DNA of 64,000 nucleotides from the human T2T-CHM13v2.0 reference genome, Homo sapiens (GCF_009914755.1 NC_060926.1); one strand, 5' to 3'. Shown: positions 1-15,903, counted from the first letter of the stretch. Made by a program: numbers and translations. Notes: generated from the sequence alone by a model not told the origin.

Positions 1-1
1 C

Positions 2-211
<210 letters not shown>

Positions 212-999
212 CTATTTTGTAGCCCAATTTTGTGAACTAAAGGTTTACACTGTGTGTTTCCCATAGAATACCACTATTATTCCTTACTTTCCCATTGCAG
301 GCCAGCCCTGATAATACCAATATTCACAGGTCAGGAGAAGTTGGAGGTTAAAAAACATCATGCAATTCTGGTACCTAAACCTCACAATCCCTCCCTCTTA
401 GCTACTTTCTCTCCATTTTACTTGAAAAAGGAGGGTCAAGAAACAGGATATTCTGAGTTGGTAGAGCACAGATACCCAAGTCAGACTTCTAAACTCAGTG
501 GCACAGAATCAGGGTATTAACTACCTCTGCTACACAGAGTCCCTCAGCTACAAAAAGGAGCTAGTATTTAAAAAAAGGTACATTCAGAGCACTCACTGTG
601 TGCAAGACTTTTTATGTGCCAAGTGCCTGCCAACAAAGTAAGAAAGAAAAACTCCCCCATTGGGGAGTTTCTGGTCTAATGGCCAAGACATGGTCTTACA
701 AAACAGGGGCCCTCCTTGTTCAAGGTAGAAGAGGATGAATTTACCTTCAGAGGGCCAGACACAAGAGTGGAGGTCAGGGAAAATGATAAAAGACAATCAC
801 AGCATGAATATGGATGACTGAGGGCTTCCTTCTTGGGGTCTGCTTCAAAGGACTGATATCTGGCATTTTTAGTTAGGAACTTCCAGGAATTGAAAAGATG
901 ATGAGCATCTTGAAGTCTCCTTGATTATGCTTTATTTTCTTTATGCCTCAACTTGGACAGGACCTAGCATATAAGCATTTAGTAAGTAATAGCACTAAT

Positions 1000-1157
1000 A
1001 TGGTCATTATGTACCAGACACTATGCTAAGCATTTTTATATATTATTTTAATTATATTCAAACAAGATAATTAAAGGTGGCAGGGTTTATTAGTAAACCC
1101 ACTTTACAGATGAAAAGAATAAGGCCACAGAAGTTAAGTAACTTGTTCCAGATCACT
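1000..1157 (-). mobile_element. MIR SINE
   Basis: MIR core ccactttacagatgaaaagaataaggccacagaagttaagtaacttgttccagatcac. Confidence 0.75.
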
Positions 1158-1772
1158 GAAGGGCTCTTTGGAAAAAGGAGAACCCATGCTATTAGGGGAG
1201 ATGAAGGGAGGAGGTTTTGCCGGTTTATAAGTCAATGCCCAGTCAGAGGAAAACAATTTACATACTTGCCTTTTGTCAACTATACCTCATAAACGCATTT
1301 GTGGATGTGCACAGTAAGGCTGCAAAGTGGCAACTTAGCGTTCAAGTCATCAGCAAGGTGAATGTTTCAGGTTGCTTCCTATTCTAGTAGCTACAAAACT
1401 TTAATCCTAAGCATAAAGTCATTTACAGTTTAGCATTTATGCATATTCATGAATTCTTTGATCCTGTCTTAATTTCTAGGGACTCAACCTAGAATAAAGA
1501 GGCCACTCAATAAGGGTCCCAGAACATAATATGTGTGTGTGTGCATGTGTGCATATGTATATGTATGTATTTATAACAATTACTAATCACTTTAATTAAC
1601 CAACTTAACCTGATTAGTAATGATTTATTTCTTCACTGTCTTCTGACACTGTTCCTTACATTGATAAGTTTTCATTTGTTCCCAGAACCTCTTCTTTGCA
1701 TTTATCCCTCATTGCTTGCTCCAGTTTTTATATTGCCTTGATCCGTCAGCTCTACTCTTAATATGCCATTTC

Positions 1773-2067
<295 letters not shown>

Positions 2068-2879
2068 TTAAAAAAAAAAAAAGGAACAAAGGAAAAAAAA
2101 TGGAGAGAATGAAAATAACAACCAATGTCTTAGTAACTTAATTGTACCTGTGGTTGTTTGTATCAGGGGGCCTTGCTTTCTATGGGCGACAAGAGGCACT
2201 GGCATTCCATAGTGATAATACTGAAATAAAGGATTGGTCTGGGATTCCTAAGACCAGAGAAGAGAAGGCTGAAGGGAACATCGATTGCAATCATCAAGTG
2301 CCTAGCCATGTGTGAACACTGATAACCGTTACTGGTCTCACTTTCTAAAGCTTGGCTCAGACAGTGGCAAGAGGGAGCAAGGGGGAAGGAGGAGGGGGAA
2401 GAGGGCAGGACTATATGATCTTCAATGATCATTACCAGATCTGGGACACAGACCAATGGTTTGGACAGCAGAATCCAGCTACTAAAGACTTCTCTGCTCT
2501 CAAATTTTAAGCCCCTCTCTCCATGCTGCAATACTGCTTGAGTTCATACAATAAGTCTTATGTCAAGATTAGCAGTTTATAGTATTGTCATTCTAGTCTT
2601 GAGGACTCACAATTTTACCTCTTTCATTTTTTCTCCTCCTAGCATTCCTCACTCTTCAAATATTTAGTTTATTATTCTTTGTTTTCCTTCTCTTCCCTAC
2701 TCTATCTAACCTAAGCTAAGTCAAACAGGAGGAGGAAGGAATTAGTGTTGTTAGAGGGTCAGCCATAGGTTTTCTCTTTTCATTTTTTTCTGCTCTGGCC
2801 TCAAACAAGTAGCACTCCCTAAATATGAAATAATGAGGCTGCAGCATCCTTCTGCCTTAATCCATCACCTAATTATAAC

Positions 2880-3225
2880 TATCATTATAGCACTTTCAGT
2901 TTGCCTCATTTTATTTTCACAATCTTTTTTTTGTAATTGGTAGTACAAAGATCATTAGTATCCCATGTATTTATGAAAAACTAAGGCTCAGATTGGTTAA
3001 GTGATTTGTGCTGATGGAGACACAGTTGAAGACGGGTCCATGTACCATGAAGTTACTGGGGACCTGACTCACGGTACAGCCTCCGGTAAGTCACTTAACC
3101 TTTTTGTGACTAATCTCCAAAATGGGGATGAAAGTATCAACTTACTTCTCAGGGAAGCTGCAGAGATTAAGTAGCCAATAAACAATTGTAAAGGGATTTG
3201 GAAATTTCAAATACTACATAAATGT
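2880..3225. mobile_element. Two degraded MIR fragments in opposite orientations
   Basis: gaaaaactaaggctcagattggttaagtgatttg and ggtaagtcacttaacc...aaaatggggatg. Confidence 0.55.
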
Positions 3226-3944
3226 TTTAATAAGCTTTTAATGTTAAGGCTCCACTAGGTATCCATAGATGGAAATCAGGTGAATTTATCTGCTGGCATT
3301 CGTATTTTCCAGGGCCTGAAGAAAGTGGATTGAGCTCGTTTAAGGACTATACTCCATTCTTTCTTAATTGCTTCTAGGTGCTGGCCCTGCTACTTGCAAG
3401 TCCTATCTCTGCTGCCCCTCCCCCAGTTGAGCCCAAGCAGATGTGTTGCTCTCTAGAATCTGGCCAAGGCAACTAGAAAATACAGGAAGGAGGGCTGCCT
3501 CCTCATGCCCCCTGGGGGCAGCAGAGATGATCACAAGCAGACTCCTATCATTAGCCCTAGAAACCTTCCAGATGGGCACTCTGACCTCCAAGAAAACATC
3601 CCTAATAATTTGCAGGGCATTCAAAGAAAGTACTGTGTGGTTCTGGCCACTAAAAAGTGATCTAGGCTTGTATTTCGGATCTTCAGGCTATATATTTCAT
3701 CCCTTCAATGAAATTCACTTAACTTGTTTTATAACAAGCTTATTATATTGCATAGGGAAATTCGTGGCAACATCATATCAAAGAAAATATTTGAAATCAA
3801 TTTACTTTATAAGAAAAAAAATCTCTAAAGAACGATGAAGACAAACTGTGCACGATACACTACTGCTGTACTAACCTCAAACATTGTACCCTGGGTAATG
3901 TTGTTCAGTTTTGTGACTCTAAAGACATTTATTTCCTTATTAAT

Positions 3945-4240
3945 TTTTTTAATTGAGGTATAATAGGTGTACATAGTTTAGGGGTACAGGTGATAATTTA
4001 ATACATTCACATACTTTGTAAACACCAAATCAGTTTACTTAGGATATCCATCACCTTAAATATTTGTCTTTTCTGTGTGCTAGAAACATTCAAGTTATTC
4101 TCTCTAGCTATTTTGAAACGCACAATAGATTACTGTAAACCATAGTCACTCTACTGATCTGTTGAACGCTAGGTCTTATTTCTTCTATCAAACCATGTAT
4201 TTGTAGCCATTAGTCAACTTCTCTTCATCCTTCTCCCACA
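3945..4240 (-). mobile_element. L1MA-type 3' end fragment
   Basis: aattgaggtataataggtgtacatagtttaggggtacaggtg...ggatatccatcaccttaaatattt matches the antisense L1MA 3'UTR. Confidence 0.75.
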
Positions 4241-4499
4241 CCCTAGTTAGTTCCCATTTCTTTTCTGAGACTTACTTTTCCAATCTGTAAAACAAACACA
4301 ATGGCTTCTGTCAAAAATCTGCCTCAAATGAAAGTCACTTTAAGCCAGGATTGACATTCAGTTGGTACAACGAGTTTCTACTTGTGAAAAATAAGACTAA
4401 AGGACTCTACGTTAGTTACTAAATTTAAAAATGCCAGTAAATTTTAAATGATAAACCATGGCTCTCCCACTGCCTGCAAAGCTATTCTCACAGATATCC

Positions 4500-4840
4500 G
4501 CCTATTTCATCTCCCTCAAGGCACTGTCATCTCTCACCTCAATCAGGCCTACTCTGACTACAGTATTTAACACTGCAACCTGTCCTCCCAAATCCCCATA
4601 CTCTCCAATCCCTTTCCCTTTTTCTGCTTTCTAATTCCTTCTACAGCACTTATTTACAACTACAACTACAGAATCTATTATTTATGCTTATTATTTATCT
4701 ATTTCCTTACTCGTCTACCCTAAACTGTAAACTCCATGAGGTCAGGAATCTCAGCCTGTTTTGTTCATTGATGTATCTCAAGTGCCTGGGACATAGCAGA
4801 TGTTTAGCAAACATATGGTGAATAAGTGAATGAATGAATA
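4500..4840 (+). mobile_element. L2 3' end
   Basis: actgtaaactccatgaggtcagg...ttgttcattgatgtatctcaagtgcctgg...tgaatgaatgaat terminus. Confidence 0.75.
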
Positions 4841-6788
4841 ATCCTCTAAGAATAATTAACTTTTAAATTACCCAGGGGTAGAACTAATTTCTTCTGAATT
4901 GTCACTATACTCAGCTCAGGGTTTGGGCCCAGAAGATATTTAAAATCATGTTCTATTTGATTGACGTTATATCTGAAAATCATAAATACTCTGTGACTAA
5001 ATTCTTTTATCTGTCTTCTCTTTGGTTTGGGGAAACTCTTATGAATTAGCCAGCCAATTAACAGCATCAAGATGAGGAGGTGAAACTGGGTAAGGGCAAG
5101 GGAGATGAAGGAAAAGGTGAAAGATGACTGAGCAGAGATCCAGAAGTATTGAGAAATGGCCAGTGAACTCACCATGATAAGTCAGTAAGAGCTTCATGGA
5201 GAATTCACTAATGGAATAGCCAGGGAAGATGGGGACTCTTTTAAACATGTACAACTTCTGTTCTGTTTTTTGCTGGATCCCACTACCTGGTGTGTTCTAG
5301 GTACTTGAATAGTGAGTCCTAGAAGATATAGGGAATACTATGACTGCCACTCTACACTGCTCTAGGAAAATGCAATGTGTGGAAAAGTTCAAAGGGTTGG
5401 CTCTGTGTCCACAATTGATCGCAAAAGGCTTTCTACAGGAAAGGTGGGCCTTAAAGTATGGGGGAAAATGTTTTTTGTGTAGACCACAAGAACAAGTATA
5501 TAATGATTATATTTTTATAGGCAGAGCCAAAGGCAAGGGACAGTTTATTCAAGAAGCTTCTTAATCATTTTAAAATACAAAAACCTTGTATATTTGAGTG
5601 TCACTGTATCTAGTTATTGATAATCTCAAAAACAAATAAAATGCCCTGGACTAGAAGCTAAGCTGATTATCAGCTGGAGAGAGCACATAACCTTTCTTCT
5701 TATGATACATACAGTGTCTCATAATTGTGTCCTTATGGGGTACAAGTATATTCCTCAGGAAATATCTGGTACTAGGCTGTTTTAGAGATAGGTCATGCAG
5801 CTGGTGGGCTACATGGGTCATTTTTGTGGAAAATATTATTATTATTGCACAATGAGCTGTGTATCTCATTTAATGCATCACCAGCATTTCAAATAACTTA
5901 TCACAAGCTACTTTGAACCCTAACTGGGCAGAGGGAACTCTCCTGCTAGGCATCTCACATATTCATTATCCTTCAGTAACTAAAGCAATAAGGTGAGGCT
6001 GACGGCTAAGGCACTGAGGAGGTACTTTTATGTAAGGGTTTGCAATATACTCACTCTCTCTTCACAGATTAGTGGTTATATATGTGAGTCACTAGCACTG
6101 AAAATGTGTAGCAGCAATAGCATCTGTGTTCAGTATGTCTCTAAGATTCATCTTCTCTGATCTATACCCCTGCCTCCATCCTATGCCAAAAACCACAGCT
6201 GCCTGTTCCTTGGTCACCAGGCTCTGCTCTAATTCGTTGAAAATGTAGAAGGAGCCCAACAGGCAGATAAAGGTATGAGGGTTAACTGATTTCAATAGCT
6301 AACAGTCACTGAGAGACCACTACTCAGAAAATACAGTGGAAAAACAAAACAACAAAACACAAAGACTCATTCAGCTTGTTTTAAATCGGACCATACACAC
6401 TTAGACTTTGGGAAAGTGAGTAAACCACCAAGTTATGAGTGCAGTGTATAAAAGATAAAAATCTGAGTTATCCCTTTGTGGTTACAGATTATGAAACCAT
6501 TTCAGGCTCTCCCTAGACAGTATTCCTGATGAATAGTAGATTGCAAACAGAGCAAGCCAGAAGGGTTAGCATCTCTGATTACTATCCTGTTAAGATTTTT
6601 TCCCAAGCATCCTTGTATAGTTTAAAATTAAATTTTTTGCCTTTGTAATCTGTAGCCTTTGTGTATATATCATCTAATGAAAAGGGCTTTTTTGAATTAA
6701 AATGGTGTTTGGAAAAAGAACATGTGTTTCTGATTTACTATTAAATACATTTATAAAGACAGAAGGCTCTCAGACCTAGTGAAGGCCT

Positions 6789-6828
6789 GTTTTTTGTTTG
6801 TTTGTTTGTTTGTTTGTTTGTTTGTTTT
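6789..6828. repeat. (TTTG)n microsatellite
   Basis: Direct reading. Confidence 0.9.
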
Positions 6829-7579
6829 AAAGCAAGAGTCCTGTAACACTTCAGGAGGACAGAATCCCTAATGCAAACACTCAGATGGACTGGGGCATAA
6901 GTTTTTGGGTAGAGAGTAATTGTGGAGCCTAGGAATTCAGATTTGTCTTGTCTGACCACCTTAGGGGTAAACACACTGCTCTGTCTTTTCCCAGCTAGTT
7001 GGTGAACTTGGCATCTATTAAACAGGACATTTTGGAATACAGGCGATTCCAATTATCACAATGGTCTTATGTTTCAAGGCTGTTTGTTTATAAACACAGC
7101 CACTTTCTGTTTAATTTCTCTCCTATTTTGGTTTATTTAAGCTCCAATTTTTTTCCAGCACCTAAACGAGGATTTTTGAGATTTATGCCTGGCCAGTATG
7201 CATTAAATTAATAAAAGGTATTAGAAATGTATGTTATATAAACATCTAGTTTGCATTTGCTAGTAATCAGGGAAATAGGCGACAAAGCAATGAGAAGTTG
7301 CTATTTTACACCTAACGATTAGCAAATAAATTAAAAATATTAACTCCTCTGCAAGGTTTTGGTAAAATCAGCATACTCCTCCACTGCAAATAGCACGATG
7401 ACAAATCATTTTGAAAGAAATATTACCTTATCTCTTGTGAATCACAAAATATTTCTACCCCCTACCACAACGATTTCACTCATAAACATTTACCTGAAGG
7501 GAATCATCTACTAGACTAAAAATGCTATATGTACAAAGATACATACTACTCAATTCTCAGGAAAAAAATTTAAAAATAA

Positions 7580-8264
<685 letters not shown>

Positions 8265-9249
8265 TATTTTATTTTAGACATCAAACTGCTTTATTTTATA
8301 ATTTGAAATAATACTACATAGGATATCATATTTTTATGTTCATTAAAAGAAGTATAAGAAAGTTTGAGAAATGGCAATATAAATATCAATAACAAGTCTA
8401 ACAACAGTCAGAAAATTATAACAAAACAACAATGACAAATTAATGCTTACTGAGCACTTGATGTGTCAGGTATTGGGCTAAGTTCTTTGCAGACATTATT
8501 CTTTATTAAATTTTCATATTTCTAGGTGAAAGAGTTGTTGACACATTTGACACTGAATTAAAAAATCATTATTGGAATGAGATAGTGACATAAATATTCC
8601 TTTAGTGGCCCTAGAGGACAGGGAGGATCCGAGGCTTGGGTTTACAAGCCTACGTGGAGACTGTGAGACAATTACTTAGACTTGTCTATGGAGCAAGGTT
8701 AGAATTAAGACTTCTGTGTGAAGACAGGGCTCTTCAAGAGCTGAACCTTGGTGAAAGGGTAGACCAGAAAACAAATCTACCCCTTGGTATAGGGAGATGA
8801 TAAGGAAACCTTTTTATCATGGCATACTAAAGTAAAATACAGTTTTACATTTTTCACCCCCTATCCCTATTCATTTAACTATATATTGGGCATTATTTCT
8901 TATCCATATATAAAGCACCTCTTTATTAGTATCCTATTAAACAACTATAAAAAATGACACAGTGAATAATTTGGTAAATGCATGTAAGTATATAAATCTG
9001 TAGGACTGAGTCCCTGGAGTGGAGCTGCTGGATCAAAAGACATGCACATCAAATTCCCTCCTCAGAAGTTGTATCCATTTATAGTACTACAGCAACAACC
9101 GCGTATGTGACTCTCTCGCCACACCCTAAGAAACAGTGTGTTGGTAACTTCTAAAAGACTAGAAATCGAATGTAAAACCCCTTTTAAAAGAATAGAAAGA
9201 GAATGTAAAACAACCATTTGCTGGAAAAAGAGGGGAAAGGGGATTTAAA

Positions 9250-9560
9250 AAACAATCAAATAGAAGACAGAGAGACTAAGGAGATATGATGATTGAATGC
9301 AACGAGGTATCCTCAACTGGGTCTTAAAACAGAAAAATGGCATTAGTAGAAAAACTAATGAAATTCAAATAAAGTCTACAGTTTAGTTAATAGTAATGTA
9401 TCATTGTTAATTTCTTGTTGTGACAAATGTTTCACTGTAATAAAAAACAGATGTTAACATTAGGAGAAACTGAGTAAGGGCACACAGGCACTCTTAAATA
9501 CTGTCTTTGCAACTTTTCTGTAAATCTAAAATTATTCCCCCAAAAGTTTATTTAAAAAAA
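9250..9560 (+). mobile_element. Old L1M (MC/ME) 3'UTR fragment
   Basis: gaaattcaaataaagtctacagtttagttaatagtaatgtatc...ttgcaacttttctgtaaatctaaaattatt. Confidence 0.7.
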
Positions 9561-10139
9561 CAGAGCGAAAAAGACAAGGCTATCCCAGCAGGGGAGGAGG
9601 CAGTAGAAGGAAAGACATGAAGGAAGAAAATAGCACCATCCACACAAGGAACTACAGGGCAGTTTGGTGTTGCTGGAAAGTAAAGTTGTACTCTTAATGT
9701 GTAAGTTGTTTCATTATTCCATTTTCCCTGCCATTCCCTTTAAAAATCTAGGTTTACTTAGGTTGTCATGTTTTACAGAAAAAGTGTGAATTTAGGTTTT
9801 ATGTTCACTTTGACTAGGTCATAATGTCATCACCAAAGCACTCTCATTCTGGCAGCACTTATGAAGGGACTAACTTCGCTCATTAAGTCAGTAGACCTGG
9901 CACATCAGTGAATTGGTTTTCAAGGTACAGTATGTGAACAGCCAAGTGGTGATTATTATATATATTTGACATCTCTGTCAGTCAATTAAATAATGTCAAA
10001 AGCAAAAACAAGTGTTTTAAGATTTGGGAATCTGCCCTCTTAACCAGAAGCAAATTTGTTAGATAGGTAGGAAGCAATGGAATTGACAACCACTATATAA
10101 AACCAAAAGAATTATATCTGCATTCCATACATTCATAGC

Positions 10140-10890
10140 TGTAATGCTAACATTTTAAAACCAAAATATAAAAAATAAAAGATAACAAAACAAGAGAAGC
10201 AAATAAAAGGTATGATAAATAGCACAATAAGATGTTAAAAAGGAAAATATGACAGCAATGATCTAAATTCATCAGTTAAAAGATAGAGGTTCTCAGATTG
10301 TATTAATAAGCAAATCCAACTATATGCTGCCTATAAGAGATAAATTTAAAATATGAGGATGCAGAAAGTTCAAAGTCAAGCAATGGAAAAACACATACTG
10401 AGCAAGTACTGAAAAGGAAAACCGGTCCAGTAAAAACTATCAGGTGAAAAAGCATTAATAGGAATAAAAAGGGTCACTACACACTAGTAAAAGAATAATT
10501 CACCAAGAAGACATAAAATTTCTAAACTTGTACATAACCAATAACATAGTCTGAAAACACACAAATACACAAAGTGAAAACTGAAACTATTATAAGGGTA
10601 AACTGATATACCATAATCACAGAGGGAGATTTTAGCACCTTCTTTCAGTAACGGATAAAAGAAGATTTTTAAAAATTAGTAAAAATGTAGTAGATTTGAA
10701 GAGCACAACTGATATGTTTTATCCACTGGATATGTAACATTGCATTCATTTACCAGAGAATACACATTCTTTCAAGGATCCATGGAGCATTTACAAATAT
10801 TGGCCACAAAGATGCTATAAAGCAAACCTTAATAAATACCACATTCTTTTAATCACTGAAATCAAATTATAAATAAATAACTTAAATCTA
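10140..10890 (+). mobile_element. Degraded L1M ORF2 endonuclease-region fragment
   Basis: A-rich; caactatatgctgcctataagaga, aattcaccaagaagacataaaatttctaaac, agaatacacattctttcaag. Confidence 0.65.
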
Positions 10891-11385
10891 TATGTCTTCT
10901 TTTTAACAAGAGTCTTTCCCTAGGATGTTTATAATTTTACTCAACTTAGCAAAACAACTTTGTAGTGTAAAAACAAAACTAAGGAGGTGATAGCTTTATT
11001 TTAGTGTTACACAACTAATGTGGCTTCCTAATGTTATTCACCAGGCCAAGAAGAGTATTGATGATGGAGGAAGAGTGATTGCAAAGATAAAATGATATGA
11101 AAGGGCAAGGAATTTGGGGGAAGGTATGATTGAAGTATAGATGAGAGAGAAAAAGTAGAAAAGGCTGTTAAAGTAGATTGGAGTCAGGAAGTTCGGATTT
11201 TACCAGGAGAAGGATGTTTGGTTTTGGTCATTTAGGCAAAGGGAAGCGATCAAAAGTGTCTAAGTATGGGGCTGATGAGGTATGGTAGGACATGGAGTTG
11301 ACATCACTTGATAATGCACCCTATGTCCAGGGAAATGAGTAAAATGGGAGAAAAAGAAGAATCAAGAATAAATCTCAGGTTTCTT

Positions 11386-12252
11386 TTTTTTTATTATACT
11401 TTAAGTTTTAGGGTACATGTGCACAACGTGCAGGTTTGTTACATATGTATACATGTGCCATGTTGGTGTGCTGCACCCATTAACTCGTCATTTAACATTA
11501 GGTATATCTCCTAATGCTATCCCTCCCCCCTCCCCTCACCCCACAATAGGCCCCGGTGTGTGATGTTCCCCTTCCTGTGTCCACGTGTTCTCATTGTTCA
11601 ATTCCCACCTATGAGTGAGAACATGCGGTGTTTGGTTTTTTCCTTGCGATAGTTTGCTGAGAATGATGGTTTCCAGCTTCATCCATGTCCCTACAAAGGA
11701 CATGAACTCATCATTTTTTATGGCTGCATAGTATTCCATGGTGTATATGTGCCATATTTTCTTAATCCAGTCTAACATTGTTGGACATTTGGCTTGGTTC
11801 CAAGTCTTTGCTATTGTGAATAGTGCTGCAATAAACATACGTGTGTATGTGTCTTTATAGCAGCATGATTTATAATCCTTTGGGTATATACCCAGTAATG
11901 GGATGGCTGGGTCCAATGGTATTTCTAGTTCTAGATCCCTGAGGAATCGCCACACTGACTTCCACAATGGTTGAACCAGTTTACAGTCCCACCAACAGTG
12001 TAAAAGTGTTCCTATTTCTCCACATCCTCTCCAGCACCTGTTGTTTCCTGACTTTTTAATGATCGCTATTCTAATTGGTGTGAGATGGTATCTCATTGTG
12101 GTTTTGATTTGCATTTCTCTGATGGCCAGTGATAGTGAGCATTTTTTCATGTGTCTTTTGGCTGCATAAATGTCTTCTTTTGAGAAGTGTCTGTTCATAT
12201 CCTTCACCCACTTTTTGATGGGGTTGTTTGTTTTTTTCTTGTAAATTTGTTT
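11386..12252 (-). mobile_element. 5'-truncated L1PA (about L1PA4) with ORF2 C-terminus and 3'UTR, inserted in an L2-like remnant
   Basis: ORF 11536-12366 gives canonical ORF2p C-terminal peptide ([26 protein letters not shown]); perfect 19-bp TSD aataaatctcaggtttctt at 11367-11385 and 12255-12273. Confidence 0.97.
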
Positions 12253-13162
12253 CAAATAAATCTCAGGTTTCTTAGTATGAGTGACTGATTGAGTAGTGAT
12301 GTCTTTAATGGGGAGGAGGAAAAGAGAAAAATGGTAAAGCAGGTAGAAGAGGAGAAAAAGTAACACATGGAGTTCAGGATATACTACATTTGAAATAGGG
12401 AGACGTCGTTAAGATCTAACTCCAACAGTGATGGGAGCATTTACGAAGATTACGAAGCAAAGAGAAGCAGGCGGAGATTAGGAGTTAGAAAATTCAAGTT
12501 GCCTGAAATTGAGCAAAGCAGGGTCATGTTACCATTTGCTTTAAAGCTACACTCTTTATGACAACAGGACAAGTTTAGTGCAACAATTTATGGTTCTAAC
12601 AATAAGCAAGACACCTCTTTCCAGACCTGAAAGAAGCCAGGTATTATCAGAGGGAGACAGGCAGGGAGCTCCCCAGTGAAGGCTCTAGAGCATCCCATAA
12701 AAGGATGAAGAGAGAGACAATCCACAAATGCAAATATCTATTCAATTTTCATTCTATTATAGTTATATTCATAGTTAATACTGTATGAAAATGTTTATTA
12801 TAGAGTCACCTGCAAGAGCAAAAATAAGAAATAACCTGAATTCCCAATGAAGATTCAAATCGGTAAATGATAGCATATTAACTCAAAATATTTTTTAGAA
12901 AAGTTGCCTATGTGCAAATGGATACCACGTGCTACCTAATAAGTTGCCTTAAAATTTACACTGTTAGGGAAGCTTTGGCCATTTTTGTGGTACTGGATAT
13001 AATTATATCACAACAGGGGACTCTTTCTGACAGGTATTCCCATCTCAAAGCATCTTAAAAAGGCAAGATCACTTTACTGTACAATGTTACCTAGTTAGAA
13101 AACCAAAGAAGGAACAGACAAAGCAGGAAAAATGAGGTGAGTAAGGAGGGGGAGGAATGGAA

Positions 13163-13410
13163 CAGCACTATTTCCCAAAGTACATTCACAAGAGTCTCTG
13201 TGGGAAAAAAAAAGGGTTCTGCAACTAGTAAGTTTGATTAACTATGGTCAGTGCCATATTGAGGGTTCTAAGTCCTGCTATAAAGAAACTCACTAAAATT
13301 TAACTCCGCGTGTCCCAAATTTATTTACTATGGAACTCCTTCACTGCGGGACACTTATTAGCATGCTGTGGAACTACAGTTCTGCTGAATGTACTTTGAT
13401 AAATATGAAC
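13163..13410. mobile_element. Probable hAT-Charlie-type MITE remnant
   Basis: Degenerate terminal inverted repeats cagcactatttcccaaagta / tactttgataaatatg. Confidence 0.4.
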
Positions 13411-14921
13411 TAAGTTAGAAAAAATTATTTGATAACAAAGTAGCTTTGGAAAGGGAAGAACTAGTAGAAAGACAAGATTGAATTTGGGAGGTCTAACTTC
13501 TGAATGATGTCTTTAAGTATTTAAAGGCATATCACTATCTTTTTGCAATGCAATTCCTTCTTGTGTCAAATGAGGATAAGAATTTATTTCACCTCAATTC
13601 TACAGTCTCTTATACTAACATGAGATGCCAGCAGTGAGGGTCATAAATACATAACAATGGATCCCCTGCATTCTAACATTTTAACTAACGACCTGGTCCA
13701 TATATTTAAATGAGGTTTTAAAAAACTCTTCTTGTTAGGTACTAAGGAAAAGAAGAAATAGGTTGTGTGAAAAGCTTACAATAGCTGGTAAATAAGATTT
13801 ACATATAGGATAAAATAAATTTAAGTGTGCAATTGTTAGATATAGACTCTCAGTGCTACTAGAATTCAGAGCAAAGAACTATTAAAGCTAGTTGTAGGAA
13901 TTAGGATTTGATGTGAGTATTGAAGTATTGCTAGGAATAGTCAGATAGAGGATATTTTAGGCAAGGAACAATATGAATGGAAGCAGGAATAAAAATGACA
14001 TATTCCTAAGATGAAGAAACAGGCTTTCCAGGTATGTGTTGGAGAACAGTAGTTTTAAAAACGTCAAAAGAAACAGTTAAAATGCTTTTCCAGTGAATGA
14101 GAACAGCTAGAGATAAAGAATAAAGCAGTTAACATTGATTTAATAAAATCAAACTTACTGAGTATATTTGACTTAAGAGTACCCATGAAAAGTAGAATCC
14201 AGTTCTGGTTCAACACAGTGAAAGATTTCCCCAACTTTCCCAACTTCCTATTACCCATGAATATAGGCATATATACACTCCCTCTCTTTCTCTGCTCTCA
14301 CTCTCTCTAAATAATGATAGCACTGTAAATTTAAAAGACCTGATTGCCAAATCTGGGGAAATAGATTAGTCAACAAGAGTGCTGGGAAAACTGGCTGTAT
14401 GAAACAAAACAAATTAAATCTTAGTTTCAGATCCTTCTCCAAAATAAATTATAGATGCATTTGTAATCTAAATATTTTAAAATGGAACAGTAAAGAAGAA
14501 AATGGGGGTATTAATCTTATTTCTGATTGTGAATCAGAATCAGAATAGAACAATAAGAGAAATTCTTATTCTTTTTGAAGAGTAAAAGCAATCAGAGAAA
14601 TCACAAAGGGAAGTTATACATTTGAATACATACAAATTTAAAATAAGTATATAAAAAATGGGCAAATAAACTGGGAAAATGTCTTCCTTTAGTAAATATG
14701 AAAAAAGAGTAGTAACTCTACTATATGAAGAGCTACAACTGATGAAAATTTGATATGCCCATGAAACATGGGCAAAGGACAATGGAAATTATGAAAAACT
14801 TCACCAATGAAGAAACACAAATGCATAATAAACATTAAAGAATGCTCAGCTGCAAGGGCAATCAAAAATGCAAATCAAAAGAATGAGATACATTTTGACT
14901 ATTAGCAAATATATATATATG

Positions 14922-15082
14922 TGCTTATACACCGCTGGTGGGAATGTAAATTAGTTCAGCCATTGTGGAAAGCATGTGGCGATTTCTCAGAGAACTTAAA
15001 GCAGAAGTATCATTTGACCCAGCTATCCCACTACTGAGTATATACCCAAAGGAACAGAAATCATCCTACCATAAAGATGCAA
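14922..15082 (+). repeat. 161-bp local copy of the L1PA16-like segment at 18046-18206
   Basis: 155/161 identical, no gaps, by manual alignment. Confidence 0.9.
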
Positions 15083-15097
15083 AAAAAATTATATATA

Positions 15098-15387
15098 ATT
15101 TTTTTTTGAGACAGTCTGGCTCTGTCACCCAGGTTGGAGTGCAGTGGCACAGTCTTGGCTCACTGCAACCTCCGCCTACAGGTTCAAGCGATTCTCCTGC
15201 CCCAGCCTCTTGAGTAGCTGGGACTACAGGCGTGCACCACCACTCCTGGATAATTTTTTGTATTTTTAGTAGAGATGGGGTTTCAATACGTTGGCCAGGC
15301 TTGTTTCAAACTCCGGACCTCAAGTGATCCATCTGCCTCAGCCTCCCAAAGTGCTGGTATTACAGGTGTGAGCCACTGTGCCCAGCC
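15098..15387 (-). mobile_element. AluS element
   Basis: Antisense dimeric Alu; TSD-like tttgactattagcaaa (14894-14909) / tctgcctattagcaaa (15388-15403). Confidence 0.95.
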
Positions 15388-15903
15388 TCTGCCTATTAGC
15401 AAAGATTTTTTAAAAACTGAGAATATTTAATACCGGTTATAGTGAGATTAAAATGGGCCCTCTCATGTATTATACATGGGAGTAAATTGGTAAAAATGTT
15501 CTGGAAAGTAATTTGTTAATATGCATAAGAGCCATTAAACATTCACATAGTTTAACCTAGTAATTCTTCTTCTGGGAATTGATCCTAAGGAACTCTTAAG
15601 AAAATCTAGATAAAGATAAAAATACCAGATGTTCATTGTAGTGTTATTTATACTAGGGCAAACCAGAAACAATCTAAATGCTTAACCACAGAAAAGTCAT
15701 TAAAAATTGTACTTTAAAAGGCAGAATATAAAAAATAATGTTTGTGTAGTTGTTAATAATAGGAGATGCTCATAACATTAAGTGAAAACTGCAAGACACA
15801 AATCTATGTAAATAATATCTTAAACATTATTTCAAATTTGTAAGATACCATATTTCAAAATGTCCATAAGAAATATGTATTACTTTTATTATAAAGAAAC
15901 CCG

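Larger units (their letters stand above)
14320..15890 (+). mobile_element. Old L1M (ME/MC) ORF2-end/3'UTR remnant hosting later insertions
   Basis: gtgctgggaaaactggct, atgggcaaaggaca, ttctggaaagtaatttg, gatgttcattgtagtgttattt. Confidence 0.65.

Noticed and set aside
1260-1322. 54-nt minus-strand exon-like interval
   Set aside because: Stops in all three frames and only moderate splice sites
5167-5175. Minus-strand ATG|gtgagt donor
   Set aside because: Lies in an L2-like remnant; shows that such motifs arise by chance
11536-12366. 276-aa ORF as a gene
   Set aside because: L1 ORF2 C-terminus with chance upstream read-through from flanking DNA
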